From Candidatus Omnitrophota bacterium (lineage in GTDB: Bacteria > Omnitrophota > Gorgyraeia > Duberdicusellales > 4484-171), in assembly GCA_043823745.1 (NCBI GenBank), contig JBDRAN010000006.1, positions 104,176 to 168,175 of the forward strand: DNA of 64,000 bases, in the 5' to 3' direction. The notes beneath the pieces are model-generated. The model did not search any database. It was not told where the DNA came from and saw only the letters and a list, made by a program, of their open reading frames with translations. The position numbers and the translations under genes were made by a program. Shown piece after piece: positions 21,823-33,348 of this stretch (the stretch's first letter is position 1; every line of letters starts with the position of its first letter).

Positions 21823-22955
21823 AGGCAGCACTACTGTTAGAAGACGGTTTTTTTCTAGAAGGGATGAGTTTCGGTAAAGAAGGCGTCACGACAGGCGAGG
21901 TAGTTTTTAATACGTCGATGACCGGATATCAGGAAATCTTGACGGACCCGTCTTACAGGGGGCAAATTGTTTGCATGACATATCCGCTGATCGGCAATTA
22001 TGGGGTTAACCCCGAGGATGTCGAGTCGGCACGCGTACGCGTTGAGGGGTTTATCGTTAAAGAAAAGAGCGCCATTGTTTCGAGCTGGCGCGCGTCAGGG
22101 AGTCTTGAAGATTATCTGAAGGAACATAACATTGTTGGTATCGAAGGTCTCGACACCCGCGCTCTTACTAGACACTTGCGCCAATGCGGCGCGATGAAGG
22201 GTATTATTGCGACGGGGGATGTGCCGCGGGAGGTACTTAAAGAAAAACTCGATAGAGCCCCTTCGATTATGGGCGTCGATTTAGTTAAAGATGTGACCTG
22301 CAATGCGCATTACCAGTGGCAGGAGGGTTTGGGCTCCCGCCGCGTGACCGAGACAAAAAAGAGTCCCCATACCGTTGTCGTGATCGATTGTGGGGTGAAG
22401 TATAGTATTTTGCGCAACCTCAAAGAGCACACAGAGAAGGTTATCGTGGTTCCTGCGCGGACATCACTTTCTGATATCCTCGCGTTTAATCCGCAGGGGA
22501 TTTTATTCTCAAATGGACCAGGAGATCCCGAGGCAGTCACGTATGTTATTGAGACCGGCCGTGAGCTTATCGCCAAGCTTAAAAAGGGCGAGGTCAAGGT
22601 CGCGGTTATGGGGATATGTCTGGGGCATCAGATTCTAGGCCTTGCGTTCGGAGGCCGCGCGCAGAAATTAAAATTTGGTCATCATGGAGGAAATCATCCG
22701 GTTAAGGAGCTTGCAAGCGGTAGAATTGATATTACTGCGCAGAATCATAATTTCGTGATTCCGCCGGTATCGATCCCCGAAGAAGGATTAGAGCAAACGC
22801 ATATTAATTTATACGATCAAACATCTGAGGGCGCACGGCATACGAAGATCCCTATTGTTAGTATACAGTTTCATCCGGAAGCAGGACCCGGGCCCTTTGA
22901 TGCGCGCTATATTTTTACGCATTTCTGTGATTTGATGCGCAGTGCTCAAGCATGA
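21819..22955 (+). CDS. carA: Carbamoyl-phosphate synthase small subunit
   Basis: GEVVFNTSMTGYQE, SNGPGDP, GICLGHQ, QFHPEA. Confidence 0.97.
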   Translation: MKAALLLEDGFFLEGMSFGKEGVTTGEVVFNTSMTGYQEILTDPSYRGQIVCMTYPLIGNYGVNPEDVESARVRVEGFIVKEKSAIVSSWRASGSLEDYLKEHNIVGIEGLDTRALTRHLRQCGAMKGIIATGDVPREVLKEKLDRAPSIMGVDLVKDVTCNAHYQWQEGLGSRRVTETKKSPHTVVVIDCGVKYSILRNLKEHTEKVIVVPARTSLSDILAFNPQGILFSNGPGDPEAVTYVIETGRELIAKLKKGEVKVAVMGICLGHQILGLAFGGRAQKLKFGHHGGNHPVKELASGRIDITAQNHNFVIPPVSIPEEGLEQTHINLYDQTSEGARHTKIPIVSIQFHPEAGPGPFDARYIFTHFCDLMRSAQA

Positions 22956-24251
22956 ATAGAATTCTTTTGTTCTTGTGCGCGGCTACGTTTATGATTCTTC
23001 CGGCCTCCGTGGCCGGGATCCGCGATGAGAATCTGGAGAATGGTATACGGGAGTTCCTCAAGTACCAGACAAATGATGCAACAGGGCTGGTTGACAGCTT
23101 TATTAATACAACTGATGAGCTCCTGGTTAATCAAGCCTCAACCTATGACCAAGCATTGGCGGGGCTGGCTTTCTTGCAGCTGAAAGAGTATCATCGAGCC
23201 AAACAGATTCTGTTGTTTTTTCGCAACCACTGGAGCGATAACGGGCTTTGCAATTTTTACGATACCGATAGCGGCACCTGCGGCGTTGAAACGACGGTGC
23301 ATTTAAGCCCCAACGCCTGGGTGGGGATCCTTGCGCTCTGGTATGGTCGTGAGACCGGAGACGAGTCTTTTTATCCTTTTGCCCGGGATATCGGTATATG
23401 GGTTACCAAACTTCCTCGGCATCGAGGCGGTCTTGCTATGGGGCCGGTCGAGGATTGGGGCGGACCGTGGCCCCAGGTTGTTTCCAGCGAAAATAATCTT
23501 GTTGCCTACGCGCTCCTGCGCGGCCTTGATGAACGCGAGCGCGATCCGGCTATACAGAAACGGTTCATTGACGAGCGGCTGGGCATCATCCGGTTTCTCT
23601 ATGAAGAAATTATCCGGCGCGATGGTAAAGGAAGACTTTCCGAGATAAGCGTAGGGTATAACGTCAGCAAGGGGGGTTTCGCTGGTCGAAGCCTCTGACG
23701 TAGTGACGATGTTGCTCCTTACCTTTAACCCGCGCCAGCTTCGTGAATCAGTTAAGGTAACTGAACGCGAACTGCTTTTTTACCTTGATAGAAAGTTTCT
23801 GGTGACCGACGCCGGGATTAAGGGGTACGATTTTACCGATAAGACTTCCTGCGATCGTATCAAGCGTAAGCGCATGGTTTCCCTTGAATGGAGCGCCCAG
23901 GCCGCGGTCGCTCAAGCGTCGATTTGCCGCTTTTATGAACGCAATCCCGGGCCCGAGGAGATACTTGCAAACGTAATCGATTTGCGCAGCCGCATCCGGG
24001 GACTTACGGGTAATATCGATAAGAAAAGGATTATTACCGCGGCTATGATCTACTACCCGTACGCGACTGTTGATTCCGCGCAAGTTTTTCCGTTCGGCGG
24101 CTGGTGGAAGATACCGCGTGGCGATCCTGCGCGGTGCGGAGCGCTTTCAGCGACCACCTGGCGCTTTTTTATGTACCAAGGCTTTAATCCTTTAGACATA
24201 TCCCGTACCGGGAAGCCAACAACGGAGAGTGCCTATGCCAAAGCGAACTGA
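22952..24251 (+). pseudogene. Frameshifted secreted protein, possible glycoside hydrolase-like helical fold
   Basis: ORFs 22952-23698 and 23703-24251 join (..SKGVSLVEASDVVTMLL..) if one G is removed from G6 at 23671-23676; signal peptide; TYDQALA, SSENN, SLEWSAQ. Confidence 0.7.
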
Positions 24252-27200
24252 CATAAAAAAAATCCTTATTATTGGTTCAGGTCCCATTGTTATCGGTCAG
24301 GCCTGTGAGTTTGACTATTCGGGCACGCAGGCCTGTAAAGCCCTGCGTGAAGAGGGTTACAAAGTAGTGCTTCTTAACTCTAACCCCGCGACGATCATGA
24401 CTGATCCTGAGTTTGCCGATGCAACCTATATTGAGCCGATTACCGTGGAGGTGCTCGAGAAAATCATTGAGAAAGAAAAACCGGAAGCCTGTCTCCCCAC
24501 GCTCGGAGGGCAAACGGCGCTTAATATCGCATTTAAGGCGGCAAAGCAGGGAATTTTTAAAAAATACAACGTTGAGCTTATCGGCGCCAACGAAGAAGCA
24601 ATTGCCCGCGCTGAAGATCGGGAACTCTTTAAGGAAACTATGTTTAAAGCGGGCATTGAATTGCCGCGCTCGCGCACGGCATATACGCTTGATGAGGCCA
24701 AAGAAGTTTTGGAGTACCTGGGGCTCCCGTGTGTTGTTCGTCCGGCTTTTACGTTAGGCGGAACAGGCGGGGGGATCGCCTATAACGTTGAGGAATTCTG
24801 GGAGATTATCAAGCGCGGTCTGGATTTAAGCTTGATCCATGAAGTGCTTGTTGAAGAATACCTTCTTGGCTGGAAGGAATTTGAGCTCGAGGTGATGCGC
24901 GACAGGAAAGATAATGTGGTGATTGTCTGTTCCATCGAGAATCTCGATCCCATGGGTGTGCACACTGGAGATTCTATTACGGTTGCGCCGGTGCAGACCT
25001 TGACCGATATTGAGTACCAAAAAATGCGTTCCGCGTCCATTAAGGCGATCCGCGCCATTGGCGTTGAGACCGGAGGCAGCAACATTCAATTCGCGGTTGA
25101 TCCGGCCGACGGACGCATGGTGATTATCGAGATGAACCCCCGTGTTTCTCGCTCATCGGCGCTTGCTTCAAAAGCCACGGGTTTTCCGATTGCTAAAATT
25201 GCCGCTAAGCTCGCGGTGGGCTACACGCTCGACGAGATCCCTAATGATATTACGAAAGAAACACCTGCGTCGTTTGAACCGACCATCGATTATTGCGTAG
25301 TGAAGATTCCACGATTTACGTTTGAAAAATTTCCTCAGGCAGATTCGACTCTGACGACTTCGATGAAATCCGTAGGGGAAGTCATGGCGATCGGGCGAAC
25401 CTTCAAAGAAGCGCTGCTGAAGGGTTTGCGGGCGCTTGAGACCGGGAAAAGCGGCTTTAATTCATTAATTCCGGAAGACAGGGGAGTTTTGAGCGAAGAG
25501 GAGCTTAAAGAAAAGATAAAACAACAAGTCCGCGTACCCACGGATAAGAGAATTTTCTATATCGCCGATGCTTTTAGAATCGGCTTAAGCGTTGACGAGG
25601 TAGCAGATCTTTCACACGTCGATCGATGGTTTTTGCGGAACATACAAGAGATTATCGATTTCGAAAAAGATTTAAGAAAGAGAAAACTCACCCCCGAGAC
25701 GGTACGCGAAGCAAAGAAATTCGGTTTTTCCGACCGCTTTTTAGCCGACATTTTTAGCAGCGACGAGAAGCATATTAGAGACATGCGAGAGCGGGAAAAG
25801 ATAACGGCGGCATATAAACTGGTTGATACGTGTGCTGCGGAATTCGAAGCGTATACACCGTATTATTATTCAACCTATGAGTCGGAATGCGAATCGCGCA
25901 TCTCGAGTAAGAAAAAAGTAATGATTCTAGGCGGAGGCCCCAACCGCATCGGCCAAGGCATTGAGTTTGATTATTGCTGCGTGCATGCTGCTTTCTCGCT
26001 CAAAGAAGAAGGAATTGAAGTTATTATGGTTAACTGTAATCCCGAAACAGTTTCAACTGACTATGATACTTCCGATAAATTGTATTTCGAGCCCATTACG
26101 TTAGAAGACGTGCTCGGTATCGTAAAGAAAGAAAAGCCTTCCGGTGTCATACTTCAATTCGGCGGCCAGACCCCGCTCAATTTAGCCCTTGGTCTTGAAC
26201 GTGAAGGGGTCATCGTGCTTGGTACAAAAGCAAAGTATATCGATATCGCCGAAGACAGAGATAAATTTAGATTGATGCTGGAGCGTTGTGATTTAAAACA
26301 AGCAGAAAGCGGTATTGCGCATAGCTTTGAAGAAGCACAAGGGATCGTAGAACGCTTGGGTTATCCGGTCATGGTGCGCCCTTCCTATGTTTTGGGCGGG
26401 CGCGCCATGGAGATCGTATACGACAGTCAGGCTCTCGAGAGGTTTATCAAAGAGGCCCTCCTGTGTTCCATGAATCAAACTATTCTCATTGACAAGTTCT
26501 TGGAAGATGCCATTGAAGTGGATGTTGATTTAATCGGCGACGGAGAAAACTTTGTTATCGGAGGAATTTTAGAGCATATCGAAGAAGCGGGGATTCATTC
26601 GGGTGATAGCGCAATGTGTTTGCCGGTTTTTAGCCTTCCCGAGAAAACGATAGATAAAATTCGCACCATCAGCCATACACTTGCCCGGGAACTGAATATC
26701 GTCGGATTAATGAACATACAGTTTGCGGTTAAAAATTCCGACGTATATATTTTAGAAGTCAACCCGCGCGCCTCCCGCACCATACCTTTTATTGCAAAAG
26801 CAGTCGGCGTACCCCTGGCGAAACTTGCAGCGAAGGTCATGGTGGGTAAAAAACTTACTGAATTGAGGTTTACCCAAGAGGTTATCCCCCCGTATATGAG
26901 CGTCAAAGAATCGGTATTTCCTTTTAACCGGTTTTTAGGAGTGGATACGATGTTGGGGCCGGAGATGCGCTCAACCGGCGAGGTGATGGGGATTGATAAA
27001 GATTTTGGACGTGCCTACTTAAAGAGTCAGATCGCCGCCTCGCAATTTCTACCCAAAGAGGGAAAAATTTTTGTCTCGGTAAAAGATAAGGATAAAAAAG
27101 CAATTGTTGCGGCGGTCAAAAAATTGCGTGATTTAGGTTTTATGATCTTGACCACCGAAGGAACCGGCGCGGTGCTTGCCGAGAAGGGGATAGAAGCAAA

Positions 27201-27468
27201 AATACTGCCGAAAGTTTCCGAAGGCCGGCCCAATATCCTCGATTATCTTAAAAACCGGGAGGTCAAGCTTATCATCAACACTCCTTCGGGTAGGCTGCCG
27301 CGTAAGGACGAAATCGTAATACGCTCGACTGCGACGCTCTATAATATTCCGGTGATCACTACGGTTTCGGGTGTCATTGCTTCGGTGAAAGCCATAGAGC
27401 TTTTGCGCAAAGGCGGCATAGCCATAGAGAGCATTCAGAACTATCATAAAAAATGTAAAAACCAATAG
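24235..27468 (+). CDS. carB: Carbamoyl-phosphate synthase large subunit, copy 1
   Basis: [29 protein letters not shown]; two ATP-grasp halves; C-terminal MGS domain. Confidence 0.98.
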   Translation: MPKRTDIKKILIIGSGPIVIGQACEFDYSGTQACKALREEGYKVVLLNSNPATIMTDPEFADATYIEPITVEVLEKIIEKEKPEACLPTLGGQTALNIAFKAAKQGIFKKYNVELIGANEEAIARAEDRELFKETMFKAGIELPRSRTAYTLDEAKEVLEYLGLPCVVRPAFTLGGTGGGIAYNVEEFWEIIKRGLDLSLIHEVLVEEYLLGWKEFELEVMRDRKDNVVIVCSIENLDPMGVHTGDSITVAPVQTLTDIEYQKMRSASIKAIRAIGVETGGSNIQFAVDPADGRMVIIEMNPRVSRSSALASKATGFPIAKIAAKLAVGYTLDEIPNDITKETPASFEPTIDYCVVKIPRFTFEKFPQADSTLTTSMKSVGEVMAIGRTFKEALLKGLRALETGKSGFNSLIPEDRGVLSEEELKEKIKQQVRVPTDKRIFYIADAFRIGLSVDEVADLSHVDRWFLRNIQEIIDFEKDLRKRKLTPETVREAKKFGFSDRFLADIFSSDEKHIRDMREREKITAAYKLVDTCAAEFEAYTPYYYSTYESECESRISSKKKVMILGGGPNRIGQGIEFDYCCVHAAFSLKEEGIEVIMVNCNPETVSTDYDTSDKLYFEPITLEDVLGIVKKEKPSGVILQFGGQTPLNLALGLEREGVIVLGTKAKYIDIAEDRDKFRLMLERCDLKQAESGIAHSFEEAQGIVERLGYPVMVRPSYVLGGRAMEIVYDSQALERFIKEALLCSMNQTILIDKFLEDAIEVDVDLIGDGENFVIGGILEHIEEAGIHSGDSAMCLPVFSLPEKTIDKIRTISHTLARELNIVGLMNIQFAVKNSDVYILEVNPRASRTIPFIAKAVGVPLAKLAAKVMVGKKLTELRFTQEVIPPYMSVKESVFPFNRFLGVDTMLGPEMRSTGEVMGIDKDFGRAYLKSQIAASQFLPKEGKIFVSVKDKDKKAIVAAVKKLRDLGFMILTTEGTGAVLAEKGIEAKILPKVSEGRPNILDYLKNREVKLIINTPSGRLPRKDEIVIRSTATLYNIPVITTVSGVIASVKAIELLRKGGIAIESIQNYHKKCKNQ

Positions 27469-27525
27469 TGTTATTCGGTAGCGCCCATAACAACGAAGTT
27501 ATTGATTTACGAAAAGGAGGTTGGG

Positions 27526-30500
27526 ATGCCCAAGCGAACGGATATTAAAAAAATACTTATTATTGGTTCAGGCCCGATTATCATCGGCCAGGCGTGCGAG
27601 TTTGATTATTCGGGAACACAAGCGTGTAAGGCGCTTCGTGAAGAAGGCTATGTAGTAGTGCTTGTTAATTCTAACCCCGCCACGATCATGACTGATCCCG
27701 GCATGGCCGATAAAACCTATATTGAACCTCTTACCGTAGAAAGTCTTGAGAAAATTATTGCCAAAGAAAAACCTGATGCGCTTCTTCCCAATCTTGGCGG
27801 TCAAACCGGACTTAATCTTGCCTCGGGCCTCCATACGCAAGGAATTTTAAAAAAGTATAATGTTGAGCTCATTGGCGTTAAAGCTGATGCGATTGAGCGG
27901 GGAGAAGACCGTCTCGCGTTTAAAGATACTATGGAGAAGCTCGGCATTGTAACCCCGCAATCTAAAATCTGTCTCTCTGTCGAAGAGGCAGAATTGGTTG
28001 CGGAGAAACTTAAATACCCCGTGGTGGTGCGTCCGGCCTACACCTTAGGCGGTACCGGCGGGGGTATCGTGTATAATGTCGAAGAGTTACGGACGATTAC
28101 CACCAGAGGCCTTAATGCGAGTCTTATCCACCAGGTATTGATTGAAGAATCAGTTTTAGGCTGGGAGGAATTAGAACTCGAAGTGGTCCGCGACGCCAAA
28201 AATCAAAAGATCACCGTTTGTTTTATCGAAAATATTGACCCTATGGGGGTGCACACCGGCGACAGCTTTTGTGTTGCACCCATGCTAACCGTACCCCAAG
28301 AGTTGCAGAAGCGTATGCAGGATTTTTCATATAAAATTGTTGACGCTATCGGTGTGGTGGGGGGGACAAACATTCAATTTGCACATAACCCAGACGACGA
28401 TCGATTGGTGGCTATTGAGATTAATCCCCGGACATCGCGTTCGTCAGCCCTCGCGTCAAAAGCCACGGGCTTTCCTATCGCGCGTATCTCGACAAAGCTT
28501 GCCGCCGGTATTACCATGGATGAGATACCGTATTGGAGAAAGGGAACGCTTGAAGCATACGAGCCAAGCGGTGACTACGTGGTGGTTAAATTTGCACGCT
28601 GGGCTTTTGAGAAATTCCCCCAGGCGCGAGATATTCTCGGTACGCAGATGAAAGCGGTCGGCGAAGTAATGAGCATCGGCAAGACCTTTAAGGAAGCACT
28701 GCAGAAAGCGATACGTTCGCTGGAAATAAATCGCTATGGTTTAGGAGTAAAAAAATTTAGGGCGCTGACGTTTGACGCATTAAAGGAGCAGATAGCGTTT
28801 CCCTCAAGCGAGCGCATTTTCCTTATGTATGAATGTTTGCGTCGTGGCGTGGCGGTTGAGGAGCTGTATAAAATAACCCGTATTGGACGCTGGTTTATTG
28901 GAGAGATGAAGGATCTGGTTGATTTTGAAGAAGAGCTGCTCAAATATAAGTGGCTCGAGGTGCCTGATAAAAAACTTATCCAAGCCAAAGAATGGGGTTT
29001 TTCCGATCGGTATCTGGCAGAACTCTTTGCCGTAAAAGAAAGAACCGTGCGGGAAAGAAGGATTATTCTTGGGAAAAAAAACCGCTACGCCGCCATTGAA
29101 GTAAGCGGAGTACCAAATGCCGCGTACTATTACTCAACCTATATAGCGGAAGATACCGTGAAGGTGTCCGATAAAAAGAAAGTGATGATCTTAGGCGGAG
29201 GCCCCAACCGCATCGGCCAAGGCATTGAGTTTGATTACACCTGCGTGCACGCCGCGTTCGCCTTGCGCGATGACGGCTATGAATCAATTATGGTCAACTG
29301 TAACCCGGAAACCGTTTCTACTGATTATGATACTTCCAATAAGCTGTATTTCGAACCCTTGACGGTGGAGGATGTATTAGCCATTTACGAGAAAGAAAAA
29401 CCGGAAGGCGTGATCGTCCAGTTCGGCGGGCAAACCCCGCTCAACATCGCGCAGCAGCTAAAAGACAATGGTGTTACGATTCTGGGTACTTCGCCCGAAA
29501 GTATTCGCCTGGCGGAAGACAGAGAATATTTCAGGGAGCGGATGAAGAAGTTAGGAATAATGCAACCTGCCGGCGACGCCGCGCGCTCGCTGGACGAGGC
29601 AATTAAAATTGCTAAAAGAATAGGTTACCCTCTCATGGTACGGCCTTCGTTTGTGTTGGGTGGACGAGGCATGGAGGTTATCTACGATGAAGAGATGCTA
29701 CGCAAATATGCACAAGCGGCTATCGAAATTACCCCGGAATTCCCTATGCTTATCGACCGTTTCTTGGAACAGGCTATTGAAACGGAAGTCGATGCGCTTT
29801 CTGACGGGGAAGATACCTTTGTTGCCGCAGTCATGGAACACATCGAGTTTGCCGGAGTTCATTCAGGCGATTCTGCCTGCGCAATCCCGCCACGGACTAT
29901 CTCCGAAAAGCATTTAAAGACCATAGAGGAATACACCGCAAAAATCGCCAAAGAATTAAAAGTAGTGGGGCTTATCAATATTCAATATGCCATTTGTAAT
30001 GATGAGGTTTATATTCTTGAAGCTAACCCTCGCGCCTCCCGCACCGTGCCACTGGTGTCTAAAATAACAGGCATACCCATTGCTCGGATCGCTACGCAAA
30101 TGATGCTTGGTAGAAAAATAAAATACTTTCCGGAACTCAAAAAACATACATTTCCTTACGTAGGGGTCAAGGAAGCGGTATTTCCTTTCAATATGTTTTC
30201 CGAGGTAGACCCGGTGCTTGGCCCGGAAATGAAAGCCACCGGCGAGGTTATGGGAATTGCCGAGACATTTGGCTTGGCCTTTTACAAAGCAGAAGAAGCG
30301 GCGGGTACAAAATTGCCGACAGAAGGCAATATCCTTCTGACGGTAGCAGATAAAGACAAAAAGGCGCTTTTACCTATTGCCAAGCGTCTGCAAAAAATAG
30401 GATTCACGATTTATGCGACGGAAGGAACCAGCGTGTTTTTAAAAGAAAAAGGCGTGGAGAATATAGAAATAAAAAAATTGCCGGAAGGACGACCCAACAT

Positions 30501-30729
30501 CATTGACTCCATTAAGAACAGGGATCTGCATTTAATCATTAATACGCCTATTGGTCGCAGCAGCAAGCTTGATGACAGCTACATCCGCATCATGGCCATA
30601 CAGTACAAAATTCCCTACATCACTACCATTGCCGCAGCGCAGGCCAGCGTAGAGGGTATTGAGGCAATTATCAAACAAAAGCTTTCGCCCACGGCACTAC
30701 AGGATTATCATCGTCTGATTAAGGGGTAG
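27526..30729 (+). CDS. carB: Carbamoyl-phosphate synthase large subunit, copy 2 (divergent)
   Basis: Same architecture; own RBS AAGGAGG; different signatures (VVKFARWAFEKF vs [12 protein letters not shown]). Confidence 0.98.
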   Translation: MPKRTDIKKILIIGSGPIIIGQACEFDYSGTQACKALREEGYVVVLVNSNPATIMTDPGMADKTYIEPLTVESLEKIIAKEKPDALLPNLGGQTGLNLASGLHTQGILKKYNVELIGVKADAIERGEDRLAFKDTMEKLGIVTPQSKICLSVEEAELVAEKLKYPVVVRPAYTLGGTGGGIVYNVEELRTITTRGLNASLIHQVLIEESVLGWEELELEVVRDAKNQKITVCFIENIDPMGVHTGDSFCVAPMLTVPQELQKRMQDFSYKIVDAIGVVGGTNIQFAHNPDDDRLVAIEINPRTSRSSALASKATGFPIARISTKLAAGITMDEIPYWRKGTLEAYEPSGDYVVVKFARWAFEKFPQARDILGTQMKAVGEVMSIGKTFKEALQKAIRSLEINRYGLGVKKFRALTFDALKEQIAFPSSERIFLMYECLRRGVAVEELYKITRIGRWFIGEMKDLVDFEEELLKYKWLEVPDKKLIQAKEWGFSDRYLAELFAVKERTVRERRIILGKKNRYAAIEVSGVPNAAYYYSTYIAEDTVKVSDKKKVMILGGGPNRIGQGIEFDYTCVHAAFALRDDGYESIMVNCNPETVSTDYDTSNKLYFEPLTVEDVLAIYEKEKPEGVIVQFGGQTPLNIAQQLKDNGVTILGTSPESIRLAEDREYFRERMKKLGIMQPAGDAARSLDEAIKIAKRIGYPLMVRPSFVLGGRGMEVIYDEEMLRKYAQAAIEITPEFPMLIDRFLEQAIETEVDALSDGEDTFVAAVMEHIEFAGVHSGDSACAIPPRTISEKHLKTIEEYTAKIAKELKVVGLINIQYAICNDEVYILEANPRASRTVPLVSKITGIPIARIATQMMLGRKIKYFPELKKHTFPYVGVKEAVFPFNMFSEVDPVLGPEMKATGEVMGIAETFGLAFYKAEEAAGTKLPTEGNILLTVADKDKKALLPIAKRLQKIGFTIYATEGTSVFLKEKGVENIEIKKLPEGRPNIIDSIKNRDLHLIINTPIGRSSKLDDSYIRIMAIQYKIPYITTIAAAQASVEGIEAIIKQKLSPTALQDYHRLIKG

Positions 30730-30770
30730 AGTTTTTGAAGGTCTGCCCAGTGAGGGGTATTTAAAAGAAA

Positions 30771-31292
30771 ATGTTGAATAAAGAACAAATAAGAAAGCTT
30801 GTTGTTGAGCAAAAGCTTATTGAAGGCTGTATTAAGCTAGAAACACAACTGACGCCCAATGGTTTTGATGTGACCGTTGCCACAGTCTCGGAATTTGCCG
30901 GTTCCGGCGCTCTTGATTTTTCTAATTCCGAGCGCGTGTTGCCTGCGTGTCACGCGATTGCTCCGCATAAGAAAAAACAAGAGGATACGTTCGGTTGGTG
31001 GAAATTGCTCCCGGGCGCCTATAAAATACGCACCAATGAGACCGTTAACCTTCCCAATACGCTGATTGCGCTTGCCTACACGCGCACGTCGCTTCTGCGT
31101 ATGGGCGCCTATACCCAGCATGGTGTCTGGGATGCTGGTTTTCATGGAACCGGCGAGTTTATTCTTATCGTGGCCAACCCCCACGGTATTGAGCTTAAGC
31201 AAAATTGTCGTATTGCCCAACTGGTATTTGTGCCGGTCGATGAGACACAGGGGTATACGGGGATATATAATAACGCTAATTCCCGCGAATAA
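30771..31292 (+). CDS. Trimeric dUTPase / dCTP deaminase family protein
   Basis: QLTPNGFDV, TRTSLLRMG, VWDAGFHG, RIAQLVF, GYTGIY. Confidence 0.85.
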   Translation: MLNKEQIRKLVVEQKLIEGCIKLETQLTPNGFDVTVATVSEFAGSGALDFSNSERVLPACHAIAPHKKKQEDTFGWWKLLPGAYKIRTNETVNLPNTLIALAYTRTSLLRMGAYTQHGVWDAGFHGTGEFILIVANPHGIELKQNCRIAQLVFVPVDETQGYTGIYNNANSRE

Positions 31293-31357
31293 AGAAACGC
31301 GAATTACCGCGAATGGATTAGCGGCAATGAGCGTTTTCAATGAGCGGTCATTAGCGC
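31273..31357. repeat. Inverted-arm repeat (CGCGAAT/ATTAGCG family), copy 1
   Basis: Four CGC(G/T)AAT units, a 2-nt spacer, then four AT(T/G)AGCG units. Confidence 0.8.
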
Positions 31358-31364
31358 CAAGTAT

Positions 31365-31754
31365 ATGGATATAATAAAAATAATCACCAATAAAAGAAAC
31401 GAGTTTATCGATATTACCACGCACCTTCAAGGGGTAGTAAAAGATTCAAAAGTTAAAGATGGTATGTGCGTGGTTTTTTGTCCGCATACGACTGCAGGCC
31501 TTACCATTAACGAGAATGCCGACTCGTCGGTGCAACACGATATTTTAAAACATCTGGCCGAAGTCATCCCCCAGCGTAACGGCTTTACGCACTCGGAAGG
31601 TAATTCAGATGCTCACATAAAAAGTTCTCTGGTTGGTTGTTCCCTGAATATTTTTATTGAGGATAATGGATTGAAGCTTGGTGTCTGGCAGGGGGTTTAT
31701 TTTTGTGAATTCGACGGCCCACGCTCTCGTGAGGTGTGGGTAAAAATTATGTAA
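31365..31754 (+). CDS. yjbQ: YjbQ/UPF0047 family protein
   Basis: PHTTAGLTINENAD, HSEGNSDAHIK, LGVWQG, EFDGPR. Confidence 0.93.
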   Translation: MDIIKIITNKRNEFIDITTHLQGVVKDSKVKDGMCVVFCPHTTAGLTINENADSSVQHDILKHLAEVIPQRNGFTHSEGNSDAHIKSSLVGCSLNIFIEDNGLKLGVWQGVYFCEFDGPRSREVWVKIM

Positions 31755-31830
31755 GCCATCACTCGTCAGCCCTCAGCCATAGAAACGAAAACAAAAAAGC
31801 CGATAGCTGGTAGCTGAAGACGGGAAGCTC
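31755..31830. repeat. Inverted-arm heptamer array (TCAGC/GCTGA family)
   Basis: GCCATCA CTCGTCA GCCCTCA GCC ... AGCCGAT AGCTGGT AGCTGAA GACGGGA AGCT. Confidence 0.6.
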
Positions 31831-31837
31831 AATTATT

Positions 31838-32641
31838 ATGCCCGAATTACCTGAAGTTGAGACGATAAAACGAGAGTTAGAGAAGGCGGTTCTTGGGAAA
31901 AAAATCGTCAAGGTCGTGGTGCACAACCCCACGGTTATTCGCGAGCCTTCGCCCGAGAAGTTTGCCCAAGGTATTGCAGGCGCATCAATAAAAAATATTC
32001 TGCGTAAGGCTAAAGTTTTGATCCTTGCGCTATCGAACGAAAAATTCTTGGTCATCCATCTTAAAATGACCGGGCAACTGGTGTACCCATCAAGGAACAA
32101 CAAGGAAGCCCGTGTCAGCTTTCAGCTATCCGATGGAAAAACTTTGGATTTTAATGATCGCCGGCTCTTTGGCGAATTGCGCCTGCGTGATCGTTGGCAG
32201 AATTTAAAATTTATCCAGGGCCTTGGTCCGGAACCCTTTGATATCAGCAAACAGCGGTTTAGCGCAATGCTTGCTTCACGAAAGACTAAGATAAAACCGC
32301 TGATTATGGATCAGACCTTTATCGCCGGCATCGGCAACCTCTATGCAGCAGAGGCGCTTTTTCGCAGCCGTATTCATCCGGCGCGAAGCGCTGCGAGCCT
32401 GGCCGAGAAAGAAAAAGGGCTTTTATATAAAGAAATATGTGATACGCTGAAAGAAGCAATAACCCATCATGGTTCTTCCGTTGATCAGTATGTTCAACTT
32501 TCAGGTAACCCCGGAGGTTATGGCGCGTACCATAAGGTTTACGACAGGGAAGGGAAGGCGTGCCTGGCTTGTAAAATACCGATTAAACGTATAAGCCTTG
32601 GCGGACGAGGCACATACTTTTGCCCGCACTGTCAGAAATAA
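31838..32641 (+). CDS. mutM: Formamidopyrimidine-DNA glycosylase
   Basis: MPELPEVET, HLKMTG, GIGNLYAAE, C-terminal Zn finger. Confidence 0.97.
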   Translation: MPELPEVETIKRELEKAVLGKKIVKVVVHNPTVIREPSPEKFAQGIAGASIKNILRKAKVLILALSNEKFLVIHLKMTGQLVYPSRNNKEARVSFQLSDGKTLDFNDRRLFGELRLRDRWQNLKFIQGLGPEPFDISKQRFSAMLASRKTKIKPLIMDQTFIAGIGNLYAAEALFRSRIHPARSAASLAEKEKGLLYKEICDTLKEAITHHGSSVDQYVQLSGNPGGYGAYHKVYDREGKACLACKIPIKRISLGGRGTYFCPHCQK

Positions 32642-32643
32642 CT

Positions 32644-33348
32644 ATGGAATATTCGGTTGTAATCCCTGTGTATAACGAGGAAGAATCATTGGCAAGTCTC
32701 CATGAACGTGTTGTGGCTGCCATGGAGAAGATCTCTACGTACTATGAGATAGTTTATGTGGATGATGGCTCATCCGACACCTCAGGTGCGAAACTCACGG
32801 AGCTCGCAGATAGATATGCTCACGTAAAAATAATTTCTTTTGTAACGAATCAGGGCCAGTCAGCGGCATTTACCGCGGGCTTTCGTGCCTCCCGGGGTGC
32901 CTGGATTATAACGCTTGATGCTGACCTGCAAAACCCGCCCGAAGAGATTAATAAATTTATCACGTTTAAGCACGATTATGATTTTATTACCGGCGTGCGC
33001 CGTGCCCGACGCGATACATTGAATCGCAAACTATCTTCGCAGATAGCGCGATTTTTCCGTTGGCTCCTGTTGCGTGATGAGACGCAGGATACGGGGTGCA
33101 GCCTTCGGATGTTTAAGCGTGACATTGTGGCAGAGTTCCCTTTTTTTAGAAATTTTCACCGTTTTTTTGCCTTTCTGGTAAAATCAACGGGTTTTCGCGT
33201 CAAGGAAATAGAGGTAAAACACCAAGCGCGCGCATTTGGCGTTTCAAAATATAGCAACCTAAAACGTGCGGGTGAAGGTATCGCTGATCTGGCGGGTGTC
33301 TGGTGGCTTACGAGGAGATTCATTCATTATGAGATTAAACGGTCTTGA
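32644..33348 (+). CDS. GT2 polyprenyl-phosphate glycosyltransferase (ArnC/DPM-like)
   Basis: VVIPVYNEE, VDDGSSD, NQGQS, LDADLQNPP, DTGCSL, FHRF. Confidence 0.9.
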   Translation: MEYSVVIPVYNEEESLASLHERVVAAMEKISTYYEIVYVDDGSSDTSGAKLTELADRYAHVKIISFVTNQGQSAAFTAGFRASRGAWIITLDADLQNPPEEINKFITFKHDYDFITGVRRARRDTLNRKLSSQIARFFRWLLLRDETQDTGCSLRMFKRDIVAEFPFFRNFHRFFAFLVKSTGFRVKEIEVKHQARAFGVSKYSNLKRAGEGIADLAGVWWLTRRFIHYEIKRS

